This document shows positions 12,827 through 24,369 of a stretch of 64,000 nt of DNA, piece after piece. The notes below the pieces were generated by a model. It was not told where the DNA came from and searched no databases. It saw only the letters and a list, made by a program, of their open reading frames with translations. Positions within the stretch are counted from its first letter, which is position 1, and each line of letters starts with the position of its first letter. The position numbers were made by a program, and so were the translations under genes. Source of the DNA: Moniliella sp. 'wahieum' (lineage: Eukaryota). The stretch covers positions 62,001 through 126,000 of the forward strand of contig RSEE01000081.1 in the NCBI GenBank assembly GCA_003971905.1, in the 5' to 3' direction.

Positions 12827-14884
12827 CTAGTCACTTGCGGGATCACTTGTGGGGTCACATGGGTCACATGCATCACATGAGGGGGTTGGGCCAGTGACAC
12901 TAGTGATAGGGACTAATGAATCGACCAATTCCACTCGGTCCACGCGGGTTCCAGCTGAGCCACAGAGGGGAGGAGGCACTGTTGCCAATCGGGTTTGGGC
13001 GGTGCGCTCCAGCTGGGAGGGACGACGCGGCGGAGGTAGGGGAAGGTGGGTCGGTGGTGGCGGGACTGGTCCTGGCACTGGTTCGGAGGAGGGGGGACGG
13101 GCGCGGGATGCGGGACCCAGGGCCGCAGGGCGGATCCGTCGCCAAATACGTCGTTGAACGGTACGCGAACGAGAGCCGGAAGGAGAGGAAGAACGAGAAC
13201 GAGAACGAGAACGGGAATGGGAATGGGAATGGGACTGAGAAGGAGAATGAGAACGAGAATGAGAATGAGATCGGGAACGGGAACGGGAATGGGAATGGGA
13301 ATGGGAATGGGAAGCAAGTACTGATCCTGATCCTGGTCCTGGCCCTGTTGCTTGGGTTAGTCCTTGGGTTGGGCCTGGGGTTGAGCCTGGACTGTCGCGT
13401 ACCACAGCGACGGGAGGCAAGTGGGGCCAGAGAAGAAAGTAGCGTCGATCTTCAGGGTGGGGAGGGCGACCGAGCAAGTCACGTTCGGCCTGGCTTAGTG
13501 CGCGACGACGTACGTACTCGGCCCCACGCACCACACACTCCAGCTGCGCAACCAGCGATAACTCGTACTGGTACGCGTGCACGCCCAACCCATGGTGAAG
13601 CGTACGTTCGGTCGCGTTGGCGCTGGTCAGCGCGCAGTGGGACGCAGCACGTTTCACCTCCACCTCCACCTCCTTCTCCTCCTTCTCCGCCGCCGCTTCC
13701 ACATTCACTTCCACTTCCATACCTTGCGATCCGGACAACTCGACACTCGGGTGGCAGTTGTCTCGCGGGTAACAGGCGCAACGGGCGAAACGGGCAGAGC
13801 GTGGGGCGACAGCGACAAGCACACAGACGCAGGCTCAATCGCAGTCGCAGTCGCGTCCCTAGAACAGGAAAGGTCAGAGACGAACACCTTATCACTGTTA
13901 CGGGTGCCTTTGCTCCGCCCTCCGGCGCACGGGCACCATCCCGATCATCATCACGATCATCATCACGATGACCATCACGATTGCCATCACGATCACGACC
14001 ACGATCACGATTACGATCCAAGCTGTACTGCCGTGCCCAGAGAGCGGTGATGGGCACACTGTTGGCGGGACGTTCGCGGAGTGGCTCGGGGGAGGCGGAG
14101 GCGGGGGCGAGATGGGAGCCAAACTGGTCCAGGTCCAGGGGAACTCGGACTGAGTTGGGTCGCGGTCGGCTGGACAATCGGCTTGCAAGGCTCACACGTA
14201 GCGGTAGTGGCAGCGCGCGGGTCGTCAGGCGTATGCGGGTCGCGATGGCCACGACCACGATCCCGATCACGAGGTGCACGGTCTGAGACGAAACGTGGCG
14301 CGAGGGGGGGGGAGGGAAGGACGAGAGGAAGGAAGGGTGCTGACAGATTGACTGTGCCCTAGCCCTGGTTTGAACGCCGTCTGGGGCGAGGAGGGGGAGG
14401 GACAAGAACCAGAACCAAAACCAAAACCAAAACCAGAACCGGAACCAGAACCAGAGACAGAGGGGCCACTTTGGACGCTGGTCGCGACGGTGCTGGTGCT
14501 CGAGGTGGTACGATACGAGGCCATGCGCTCCGACATGCGCTCCGACTCGGCCGACGTGGACGTAAACGAACTTTGGCATGCGATGGAAGAGGTGGACGAG
14601 TCCCATAGGCGTGGGGCTAGCGGCGGGCGGATAGCGCGGGCGGAAGAATGTGAGGACACATCCAAGGCCAAGGGCGAGGGGGCGTAGCCCAAGGGAGCCT
14701 CAGAAGAAGAAGAAGGAGAAGGAGAAAGAGAAAGAGAGAGGGAGCCAAACCCGCGGGGGGGGCCGGGGCGGGTGGGGTAGACTCGGTGCTTGCGCGGCGC
14801 TTCATTCTGGCTTGTTGACTGACACAGGAGGGCGAGGGTGCGCTGATGCCGGGACGGGGGCGGAGGATGTAGCGGAGGGAGCAC
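12827..14884 (-). CDS. Hypothetical Ser/Pro-rich low-complexity protein (fragmented)
   Basis: Overlapping minus-strand ORFs (12827-13822, 13479-14606, 14267-14884) with one globular-looking segment 'HAYQYELSLVAQLECVVRGAEYVRRR...YFLLWPHLPPV'. CT-rich leader upstream on the minus strand. No family recognised. Confidence 0.45.
13193..13312 (-). repeat. GAGAAC/GGGAAT hexamer repeats, encoding (SH)n/(SR)n on the minus strand
   Basis: Directly visible. Confidence 0.85.
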
Positions 14885-16523
14885 AAAGGGGGGAGAGGGA
14901 GAGATGAGCGAGGCGGGCTACCGCGTCTGCGTCTGTGTGGAGTAGGTGTGGCCGGGTGAGGGGCAGAGGTTTGGAGGGGGGGGGACGGAAGAGGAGGGCA
15001 TGCGGAGGGGAGGGGAGAGGGCAAAGCAAAGCAAAGCAGTGTCCAGGCCAGGGCAACTAGAAGCGAGGACCACAGCGTTGCCCCGCACGCAAAAGGAGGA
15101 GGAGGGGAAAAGGTGGAGGAGGGGACGATGACGGTGTGGGACCAGAGAGGAGAGAGGTGATATTAGGCGTGGACAGGTGGGTGCCGAGACGACTGCCGGC
15201 CATTGGCTCCCTCTTGGCAGACAGCCGCGCGGCCACCGTCGGAGGATCGATGATGGTTGGTCCCGGTTTCCACCATTCTATCGATGGATCGGGGAGATCT
15301 GAATATCTGAATCTGAGGTGAGGATCTCAGTCTGAGATACTGACTAAACGGCTGAGCTCAGCCGCTTAACTGAGCGTCTGAGTCTAACCACTAGTCCCTA
15401 CGCCGTGTACGATCCTACAAGCGTACTCAGTCTGGTACTCCGTGTCGTCAGCGTCCTCAATGTGTAGTCAGTACTCAGTGTACTCGGATTCAAAGTTACT
15501 CCGCACTACGTACTACCCCTTCTGTAGCGCTTTGGAGGCGGGGGCTGGCGTGGCCTGGATGATATGGATGCGGCCGACAGGGTGACATGTGGCGTGCGCC
15601 ATGTGGCGGAAGCATCGATCATTGATCATCGACCATCGATCATCAATCCGACGCCGACAGCCCCCTTGGGATCGATGATCCGTCGCTGCCATCCCACATC
15701 CCACACTCAGGAACGACGCCACCAACCCCCGGTGCTCCAGTGCTGCCTGCCTGGCTGCCCCAGATCGCGCCCCATCCGACGGTCGCATCGATGGACGAGC
15801 GTCGCTGCGGCCAATGCCCGATGCGACGGAAGCGAGGCAGAGAGCAGTGCACGGCAGGGCACCCTCCGCTACCCGTCAGGCGTCAGGCGCGGACACTGAG
15901 CGCGTACTGAGCTCAGGACCTCACATTGTCACTGGTGAGGGCCACCGCACTCTGGCTTCTCCACGTGGGTCGATCGGTAGGCGCAGCACAGCACAGCACA
16001 CGCTCAGTACTCGCCGTACTTACCGGTCACTAGGTCCCTAGTCGGACTAGTCGGACTAGTCAGAGGCCAGATCTCAGATCTCAGATCTGAGACCTCATTT
16101 CAGACCCAGGCAATTCCGCATTCTGTATTCCTTCAGAATGGCCTCTTGTGTACATTTGTGTACGAGCCAAGCCACCCCTCTGCTCATCGAGCTCATCGCT
16201 ATGTGCAACGCAGGCACCCAATAGCCCTTTCCGATCCACGCCTCTCCCCGCACCCATTTGGGCAGGCGAGCAGTGTTTCTCTCCTTCGTGCTCTCGTCAT
16301 CGATCATCGACCATCGCGCCACCCTCCACATCCTTCATCGACGCCTGCCCGGTGCGCACTGGCACGCTCGCCAGAGCTTCCGCTTCCGCACGACATCCTC
16401 CCTGTCCCGCTCCACCATCCAATAGTTGTGCCGCTGTTGTGCAAAGTTTTGTATACCTGCAAAGAACGACCGAGGAGTATTTATACCTGTCTTACTCAAA
16501 TACTGCGGGATCTGAAGGCCAGA

Positions 16524-16638
16524 GACGTCGTGACGTCACTCCTCTGAAGGTCAAATTTGTTGCCAACGTCACTACCTGAAACGGTCATCAGATGATACGT
16601 CGTCAACGTCACCCCCCTCTGACGGTCAGATACGTCAG
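16524..16638 (+). repeat. Three imperfect direct repeats ACGTCAC-n-CTGA-n-GGTCA, rich in CRE-like ACGTCA
   Basis: Copies begin at ~16533, ~16566 and ~16606. Confidence 0.65.
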
Positions 16639-17616
16639 CGAGGTGTCCATGGGCGGCATCCGACAAATCTGGTCCTCTTAGGCTCGCTCTCCCTATAATG
16701 GGTTACTACAGCTACTACACATACTACTACTCTTCTTTTCGAGCACCATCGAATGTTGTGCAAGCGTTTTTGAGGGTATACTGTTTTGCGTTGCGATGAG
16801 TCAATATGGATTTGTGGGCTCGCCATTGAGACGTCTTGGAAATGTATAAGCGCGAAATCACTCAGTCCCAGAATCGTCTGTGCGGTCGTCGTCATCGCCG
16901 TCTGCACCCTCTGCACCAAGAGAGGTTGACTGCAGTGCCTTCATTGTCCCCTGGCGAACATGCGACAGAATTCGATAATTCTTACCCAGTGTGGCAGGGG
17001 CGTGACATTGTGCGTCGCTTGCGCTGTCTTGATCGTCATCTACTGTATCATTTGCCTACGCGTTTTCCTCATCAGCTGCCGCTGAACGGCCAAAAATCAG
17101 CTTTGCATCGGGCTGCAGGCGGTCATAGTGACCGGAAATGGGGCTGAACACACATTGACATTGGAATGGGGCGAGATGGTGCGGATCGAGAGGGTATGTA
17201 CGATGATGGTTGGGCCGTCGGGGGTCGAATAGAGCAAAAGCCAATTCGACAAGGAAGCCAAGTGCAAGATGCGCACTCAACAACCTCTCCGGACGAACAG
17301 CACACACATCTTGGAGATGACAAAAAACTGGTATAGTGCAAATAATAGCCAGGGCCGGTTGGGTTTGGGACCGATGGTGTCATGATAATCAACCCCATCC
17401 CTCTAGAAATACGCATGTTTTCTCGGGGTCAGGTAAGGTAGTATCCTCTCACCGCTGCGCTCTCAGAGTGTTCAGTGCTTGGTCCGCTTCTAGCTACCAG
17501 GAAGCTTTTCTTTCGAGGACTTCCCGTAACACGGGCGGTCATGAAAAATGAATATGTTGCTTCGGCCAACCAAATCAGCCAAAAATGAATTACCCCTCCC
17601 GAAGGAGGTTTGGATA

Positions 17617-17685
17617 CTTTGGCCACATGAGGCTAAGGGTTATGGCCACATGCGGTCAAGGGCTTTGGCCATATGCTTTCAAGCG
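17617..17685 (+). repeat. 23-bp imperfect tandem repeat x3
   Basis: ctttggccacatgaggctaaggg / ttatggccacatgcggtcaaggg / ctttggccatatgctttcaagcg. Confidence 0.8.
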
Positions 17686-17836
17686 CTTATCCCAAATGCG
17701 CAAACGCTTAACTGTTGATTGGATGTGTGCTTGTATCGGCTCTCTAACCGGCTGGTTGGGGCTCGCATCAGTGCAGAAAACTAGTAGAAATTTACAGGCA
17801 GGGCATCACTAAGGTATAGAATGCATTCTAAAGTCA

Positions 17837-18702
17837 CTATGAAGCGATTACACGGCAACCACGGTTAGATGCGAAGTAGGACGGAAGTCCCACAACGTAA
17901 TAGTTCAGTGAGCTGCACAGCAAGTGGCAGGTTAGTGTTAGGGGAGCGCGCACTAGGGAGGAGCTGGCCAAGTCAGCAGCAGCATACAGACAGTTAGCGA
18001 GAGACATAGAAGTTGTGCGACGGACTCACGGGTCAAGCGGTCAAGTCAGCCAGTAGCAGGGACAAGCGGTATGAAGTCGGAATGTACACGGGTAGGGAGG
18101 ACGAGGTCAGGAACAGCGTCGGCATATGACAGATGGGACGTACGATGGCGAAACAGGTCATATGAGTCGAGGCGAACAAAGCGAGACGACCCAACTGTGA
18201 GATTAGATTCCGTGCATCCAGCAGCTGAGATACCGTGTCAGTGGCAGGACAACTCCAAGATCGAAGGACGGAGGATGTACGCTGGCAAAAGGTAGACTAG
18301 CCAAGTGAGAGGACCACAGACGAGGCAAACCATGCGAGCGACACAGCCAAAGTGAGCAGACGGACAAGGGTGGTCCGAAGTCGAGAGAAACGGTGCATAC
18401 ATATCGCGCATGCGACCCACATGGTCAGCAGAAGTGACGGGAATGTTGCGAAAGCGGGTATGTACGAAGGCGCTGCGGACCATATGAAACGAGGACAAGA
18501 TGGCCCGCGAGGGGGAGTCTGTGTATGCAGGCGGCAGGGCCAGGTAAGCAAGAGAGCGCTGGCGGGAAAGAGAACACGTACGACAGAAGCAATGCACGGA
18601 CAGTGAAAGGGAGAGGCGGTGTGATGGTGCAGGGGGGGTGTCCAACAGCGGTACAGACGACGAGGAGGACGGAGTGTGACGGGAGAGGGAATGGATACGT
18701 AC
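17837..18702 (-). other. Dense cluster of spliceosomal donor, branch-point and acceptor motifs (putative multi-intron or nested-intron transcript)
   Basis: Minus-strand donors GTACGT/GTACAT/GTATGC/GTGAGT at 18702, 18581, 18465, 18400, 18280, 18143, 18087, 18029. About 11 CTRAY-like branch motifs. Long AG-free stretches. Confidence 0.55.
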
Positions 18703-20438
18703 GGCTGCAATGCAGACCAGGCGCCGAGGGCTGGGGGCGGGACGAGGAAAGCGGGCAGTAAGCAGTGCAGGCATCAGCGATGGTGATCTTGGTGGCCAAG
18801 GGAAGAAAAGGGTACTATTGCGCTGTGGCACAGAACACTCTGCAATCTGCTGGCTGAAGAGAGCGGATACCAGTTGCTACGGGGGCAATGAGAGGGGCGA
18901 CGGTGAGGAGACATGATGCAACCACAGAGCAGCAGGAGATTAAAGGGGCTCTCTCAGTGGGAAGCACCAGACCACAGACCCGCTTGGCAGAGTACATTGA
19001 CTAACCAAGCGTGAGCCCAAGTGACTCTCTCTGTGCGAAGCACTACAGCGCAGGCTACTCGAATAGAGGCAGGCGCCCGAGTGTTGAGCCACCTCCACTT
19101 CCTTATTGTCACTACCGTCTTTCGGCTTCTTTCGCTATGTGCCTCCTACCTACAAAACCTTCTAACCCCGCCTCTTTTCTCACCTCTCGGGTCCACTTTG
19201 CCCTTGACCCTTGCCTCGTCTCTCGCCTCGTCCCTCTCGCGCATGGTCCCCTTTCTCGCCTTTGGCTCGTTTCCCTCTTTGCTGTAACCCTCTTGGTCTC
19301 CCCTTGTTCCCCTTCTCTTCTATAAAACCTGCCTATTCTTAGATCCAATGATGATGGCCCAAGCCGCGACCATTCTTTCTCCTTCACCCTTCTTCTAGCC
19401 CCCCCACTTCTAGAAGAACACCTTTCGATCCGCTCACTTGCCCTCCCCCCACCCCCACAGTACGATTGCATCACTCTCGAAGACCATCCGGACTACAGAT
19501 CTCATCAGTATACTCCTTCATGGAAGAGGGAAGATGGCTTATAATAGCCTCTGTAACTCACGTGCAATGCCATCCACCACCCACGGTCTGCTCTTCTGTT
19601 TCGGATGGTACCCTGGCCTGGAAATGGGGGGGCGTGGACAGGGCGGGGGAGCAGGTAAAGCGCAGGGGCAGCGTGAGCAGGGAGGGGTGTGGGTGTGTTG
19701 TAAATGGGAGGGGCCACGCCACGTGACCTGCGCGTGCGACAGCGAAGGCTGGCAGACTAAGTATTTGAAGTGTGGTGCCGGTGATTGGCTCGTGGGTGAC
19801 CGGTGATTGCACATTTCAAGTGCCACGCCAAGCTGAGCGGCAAGCAAGCTGCATGGGCGGGGCAGGGCACTAGGCCACCCTGCGCTCACCCCAGCGCGGC
19901 ACCACCCCCACGAGGACTGGCACCAGGCGGGGGCCCCTGCCCGACACTGGCGCACTGCGTGGACGGCCGACGTGGCTGGCGCGTGCGCAGGGGCAGTGTG
20001 GTGTGTCTCTGCTGCCCCGTGCGGCTCGGCTGGCGGTGGCGGGCAGAAGCACGGGGGCAGCGAGACGATGCCAGCGGGAGCGGAGCGGCGCGGTGCCCAA
20101 CGCCAACGCGTCAACATCGGTGGCTGGCGCGCTGCTGGGCAGCCTGGCTGCTGCCTTGCTCCTGGCTGCTCCTCCTCCTGCTCGGCTGGTCGAACACCAC
20201 CACCTCATCCCTTCCCCCACTCCCACTCCCACCCCCACCTCCACTTCCTCCTTTCCCGCCCAGCCTCCCCTCCCGATACCCCTCCCTGCTTGCCCCCCTC
20301 TCCCTTCTGCTCCTCTGCGAGGACATTGTTTGCTGCATCGACTGCGTCGACCTCCCCTTGAAGCCCGAGCCACCCTTCTCCCGCCCTTCTTCCGCCTGCC
20401 TGCCTGTCTACCTGTCTACCCTTGTCTCTCGCTCCGCC

Positions 20439-21350
20439 ATGCACCCTACTTTGACCGAACGCCCTACCCGGCGCTCTCTGACCGCGCCGCCCTCCTCTCC
20501 ACCCTCCGCACCGGCGGTGTGGCCGCTGCCACGCCCTCCGCTGCCCCCACCGGCGCCGCTGCGTCCCAGCTGCCTCCCCTCCATCTGGGTCAGGGCCCCG
20601 ATGTATCTCTCCAGCACATCCAGCTGTCCCAGGCCCAGGCCCAGGCTCAGGCCCAGGCTCACGCACTCCATCTGCAGAACCCCGCATCGCTGCTGACCCA
20701 GCAGCTTGCTGCTCAGCAGCAGCAGCAGCAAGCCGAGCTCGCCCGCCTCCTTGTGCTCCAGCAGCAACACCAGCTCCAGCAACTGCAGCAGCAGCAGCAG
20801 CTCTTGCTGCTCCAGGCGCTGCAGCCCAGGCCGTGCAACAAGCCCAAACTGTCCAGCAGGCCCAAGCCGTGCATCAAGCACACCAACAGCACCAGCACGG
20901 CCTTCACCCGCTCGGCTATGCGCCTGCGTCCGACGTACCGGGCCAGCGGCACTCGTGGGCGCCTGAACCGCGTCGGTCCAGCGCACGCTTCTCCCCACTT
21001 CGACCGGCCGGCCACGTCGACCTTGGCCTTGGCTCCTGCCGCGCCGCAGCGGCCCGTGTCAACGGCCAACTTGGCCTCGAGCTGGCGCTCGGGCCAACGC
21101 TCCCCCCCGGCCGCGGCCCCGCCGAGCATTGTGATTGATGATATCTCCCAACTCTCCCTGGGAGGCGAGGAAGTGCCCGCTGCAGCTACCGCGCGCGGCG
21201 GGTCAAGGACCGGGAAGGTGGACCGATTCGTATGCCCCGTGGCCCCCCACCGATCCCGCCGAACTGCAAGCCTCCAACTTTCTTGCCCGCGCCAATACCA
21301 AGGTCCGCCGGGACGCCATTCGTGTTTTGGCTTCGGGACGGCACTCTTAG
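20439..21350 (+). CDS. Conserved fungal hypothetical Gln-rich protein with C-terminal 'RxPRGPP...NF..R...RR.A' motif (frameshifted)
   Basis: PolyQ/(AQ)n region. After restoring one C in a homopolymer the C-terminus reads 'PIRMPRGPPTDPAELQASNFLARANTKVRRDAIRVL', a motif I recall from uncharacterised fungal proteins. Confidence 0.6.
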
Positions 21351-22545
21351 GTCCAAGCCCTAGACTGGGTGACTACCTACACCTATCTACCTTGGAGTTG
21401 CTCGTTCCCACAATGGCTCCGCATTCGTTTTTTTTCTTCTTCTTTTCTTTCCTTGCTGTCTCTTTCTCTCTTTTTCTTTTTCTTTCTTTTTGTCTTTCTT
21501 CCCTTTTTTGTCTTTCGTTTCGTTCTTTGTCTTTCTCAGACCCCTCCTGCTTCCTTTCCACTCCTACTTTGTCATTCGCTTTCGGGGGGGAGGGGGGGCG
21601 TATTTCCTTGTTCTGTTCTTGTTCTTGGCCTTTTATCTCTTGTGCATCCTGTTCCCGTTCCTGTTGTTGGGGCCCTGCTGCGCTGAGCCGGTCCTTGGAC
21701 CACCCCTTTCCTCCCTTTCTGGTCTTGTCCCGTTCCTTGGCCGCACCTGGACACTGCGCCCCAGCTCCCAGCCCCAGCTTCAGACCCTAGCAAACCCCGC
21801 ACGACAGCCTGGAATGCCCTTGGTTTCAATGGCCTGCCCTGGCGCCGCCCTGTCGTCATCCACTCCCCAATCCCCCATCTCCAAACTCCACTCTCCAATT
21901 CTCAAAAACCCAGTCCCCCATCTTCCCATCTACTAAACAAACTGAAACTGACCAACTGCATCCCGTTGTACCTATCTTTGTTTTGGTTGCGGTTGTCTAG
22001 TCCCATACCGTTTCGTCTCATCGATCTCATCTCAGATGTCAGATATCCTGTTGTGGCACCCCACTCGTTTCGTCTTCCCCTTCTCCCTCCCTCCCTTTCT
22101 CTTGCGTCTTGCGTCTTGCGTCTTGCGTCTCCTGTAGCCACGCTGGTGTCCTACCGTCCTTAGCAAATGACAAGCACGCAGGAAGGCAATGCTGTTGTGC
22201 TTTGCTTTAAAAGATAGTCCCGGCGTTTGAGGGGGTTGTATTGCCGAGAGTGAGAACGAAGTAACTTGCCGAAGGCCTGTGCTCTCGATGGCGTTAATTA
22301 GACCTTGGGCTTTGGGCGAAACGGCGAAGGACAAGGACCCAAACCAGAAAAATAAATACCAAATGGCATGCCCAGGGCGGAACGCCGGGGGGCAGGCAAG
22401 GCGGAATTCCATCGGCTGGAACCAATCAAGGGATCTGGCGAGGCGACTAAGATCTCAATTGAGGATTGAGGCCGGAGGGAGTACTGGCCTGGACGCGACG
22501 GCTGGAGCGGGGAGACAAAGTTGCTTGCCACCAGCCAACTTGACC

Positions 22546-23448
22546 ATGGCAGCGCCAACCTCGCATGTGTCGATGGAGACAGTCGCTTCGGAGCGGCGGA
22601 CCGCGCTTCTGGCCCTGCGCAAGCACAAACTCGATGAGGAAGCGGGTAAGGTGCCGGTGGGTCAGAGCGAGGTGATTGACGCGCTGGTCCAGCGCTGTTT
22701 CCGCTCGTTTGATCCCAAGACGCGCCAGATGCGTCGGACGGGCGTGGCAGAGGGCGTGGAGGATACAGTGGAGATGGGTACGTTGCACTACGCTATGCTA
22801 CTGTTTGGGTTGGTTTGGGGGTTGGGTTGGGTTTGCATGGTGGGATGCAGGCAACGGAAGCTAACCTTGTTTGGTGGACACTTACTAGCTGTCGATGGCC
22901 TGCAAGCCAGTGTGCTGGCCTTGGACGAGGTGAAGCGAGGTGAAGATATTGTATGTGCACTCTCTTGGTGATGTGTGCCGGCACGTACCAACTCATTTCC
23001 CAGTGTGGATCAAGATCACTGACCCCATCTCCCCATCGCAGGACTTGCTCAACATTGCGCCCCAGCGACCCAACTGGGACTTGAAACGCGACCTCAAGAA
23101 GCGTCTGGCCAAATTGGAGAGGAGACCAAGAGGCGATCAACACCTTGATTCGTACGTGCTTCCATCCTTCTCCCCATCCCCCTATCCCCCTAGCATCCTA
23201 GCCTTCTAGCCTCCTATCCCCATATCCCTTTGCCTGTTCCACAACGTGGACTTGCTCCCGCTTCTCTCTTTCAACACGACGACCGAACTAACTTAGGTAC
23301 TGGCAGGTCGGCGCATCGGAGGCCAAGGTGCCACGGGCACAGTCGACACGGCCCTTGCCCATCTCGCGCGGACGAGCCAGCAGAAGAGAGGAGAGACTCG
23401 GACGAGGGCGAACAAGAGCAGCGAGAGGAGCAAACGGAATACTACTAA
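22546..23448 (+). CDS. CWF18: Pre-mRNA splicing factor Cwf18 (CCDC12); introns 22778-22888, 22951-23041, 23152-~23306
   Basis: 'ERRTALLALR', 'FRSFDP', 'DLLNIAPQRPNWDLKRDLKKRLAKLERR'. Canonical GTACGT/GTATGT donors, CTAAC/CTGAC branch sites and YAG acceptors. Confidence 0.92.
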
Positions 23449-24027
23449 ATCGGCGGATGGGATGCGTTCCACTTGATTCCCTGATCGGCCTGATCCCTAT
23501 GCTTGCTGGATAGCCGCCCTGGTTCCAGGGGAGGTGGATGGGCAAGGGAAAGCTGTGCTGCGGGGCCGTGGTTATGGCTGTGACTTTGGTTGTGGCAAAT
23601 AGGTGGAAGTGAAGCATGACTCTTGAAGCCACGTGGGTTGGGACCTGGTATTTGCTGTCGCTCGCAAGGGCCAGTCCCTAGTCCAGCCCCGTTGGCCGGA
23701 AGGATAGACAGAGCCTACTATGGCTCATTGGTAGCAAGTCAGCACCTAGGAACTGGGAAAGCTCTCGTCCTGATGCGGAATGCGCGTCATCGCAATCGCA
23801 ATCGTAATCCGATTGACTGGATCAGCTCAGCCAGTGTTTCAAAACAACCCAGACGCAAAATTGTCTGTCAAAAAACGATCCCCAGCGCCTTTCGGCTTGT
23901 GGGCGGTCAGGGTTCGCGCCACCGCCCTCAGCACGTTTTGTTGTTGCCGCCCCACCTCCACCTCCACCTCCACCCCCACATCCACCCCCACATCCCCCGT
24001 CCCACCCCCTCTCGCGGCCCAGGTTCA

Positions 24028-24369
24028 ATGGGCGTGAAGCATGCTGTGTATCTGCACGCACAGCACGTGTACGGGTGCCGGAATTGCCATGCGCACCTCA
24101 CCACCCGCGCCGAGTGCATCTCTGCCAACTTTACGGGCAAGCATGGTCCTGCGCTCTTGGTGGAGCAGGTGACCAACGTGATCCCCGGTAAGGCCGAGGA
24201 ACGGACGATGCGAGAACGGCACTACACGGTACGAGACTTGACGTGCTCCCAGTGCGGGTCTTACCTCGGCTGGCATTACGTCCATGCATACGAGAATGAC
24301 TCGGCCTACAAACAAAACAAATCCATCTTGGAGACCGACTGCATCGTCTCTGTCGGGCGCGAGGGGTAA
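24028..24369 (+). CDS. Yippee/Mis18-family zinc-binding protein (YPEL/Moh1-like)
   Basis: 'YGCRNCHAHL...ISANFTGKHGPALL..VTNV..G.AEER...CSQCGSYLGWHY..AYE...YK..K.ILE'. Confidence 0.93.
   Translation: MGVKHAVYLHAQHVYGCRNCHAHLTTRAECISANFTGKHGPALLVEQVTNVIPGKAEERTMRERHYTVRDLTCSQCGSYLGWHYVHAYENDSAYKQNKSILETDCIVSVGREG

Noticed and set aside
16961..17085. Short Cys-rich hydrophobic ORF (MRQNSIILTQCGRG...LISCR*)
   Set aside because: No CaaX, no recognisable family; compatible with chance.
17617..17685. CRISPR-like repeat
   Set aside because: Contiguous tandem copies without spacers, eukaryotic context and no cas genes.
17964..17987. Additional donor GTATGC at 17987
   Set aside because: Only 24 nt from the next acceptor, too short for a spliceosomal intron, so it was left out of the nested model.
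10374..23448. Functional cluster of splicing factors (CCDC130, CWF18) around the splice-signal locus
   Set aside because: The genes are several kb away with unrelated genes between, and there is no evidence beyond proximity.
24208..24230. Unusual 'MRERHYTV' in place of the Yippee 'MxTGxHxV' motif
   Set aside because: Explicable by compensating indel errors in this assembly.
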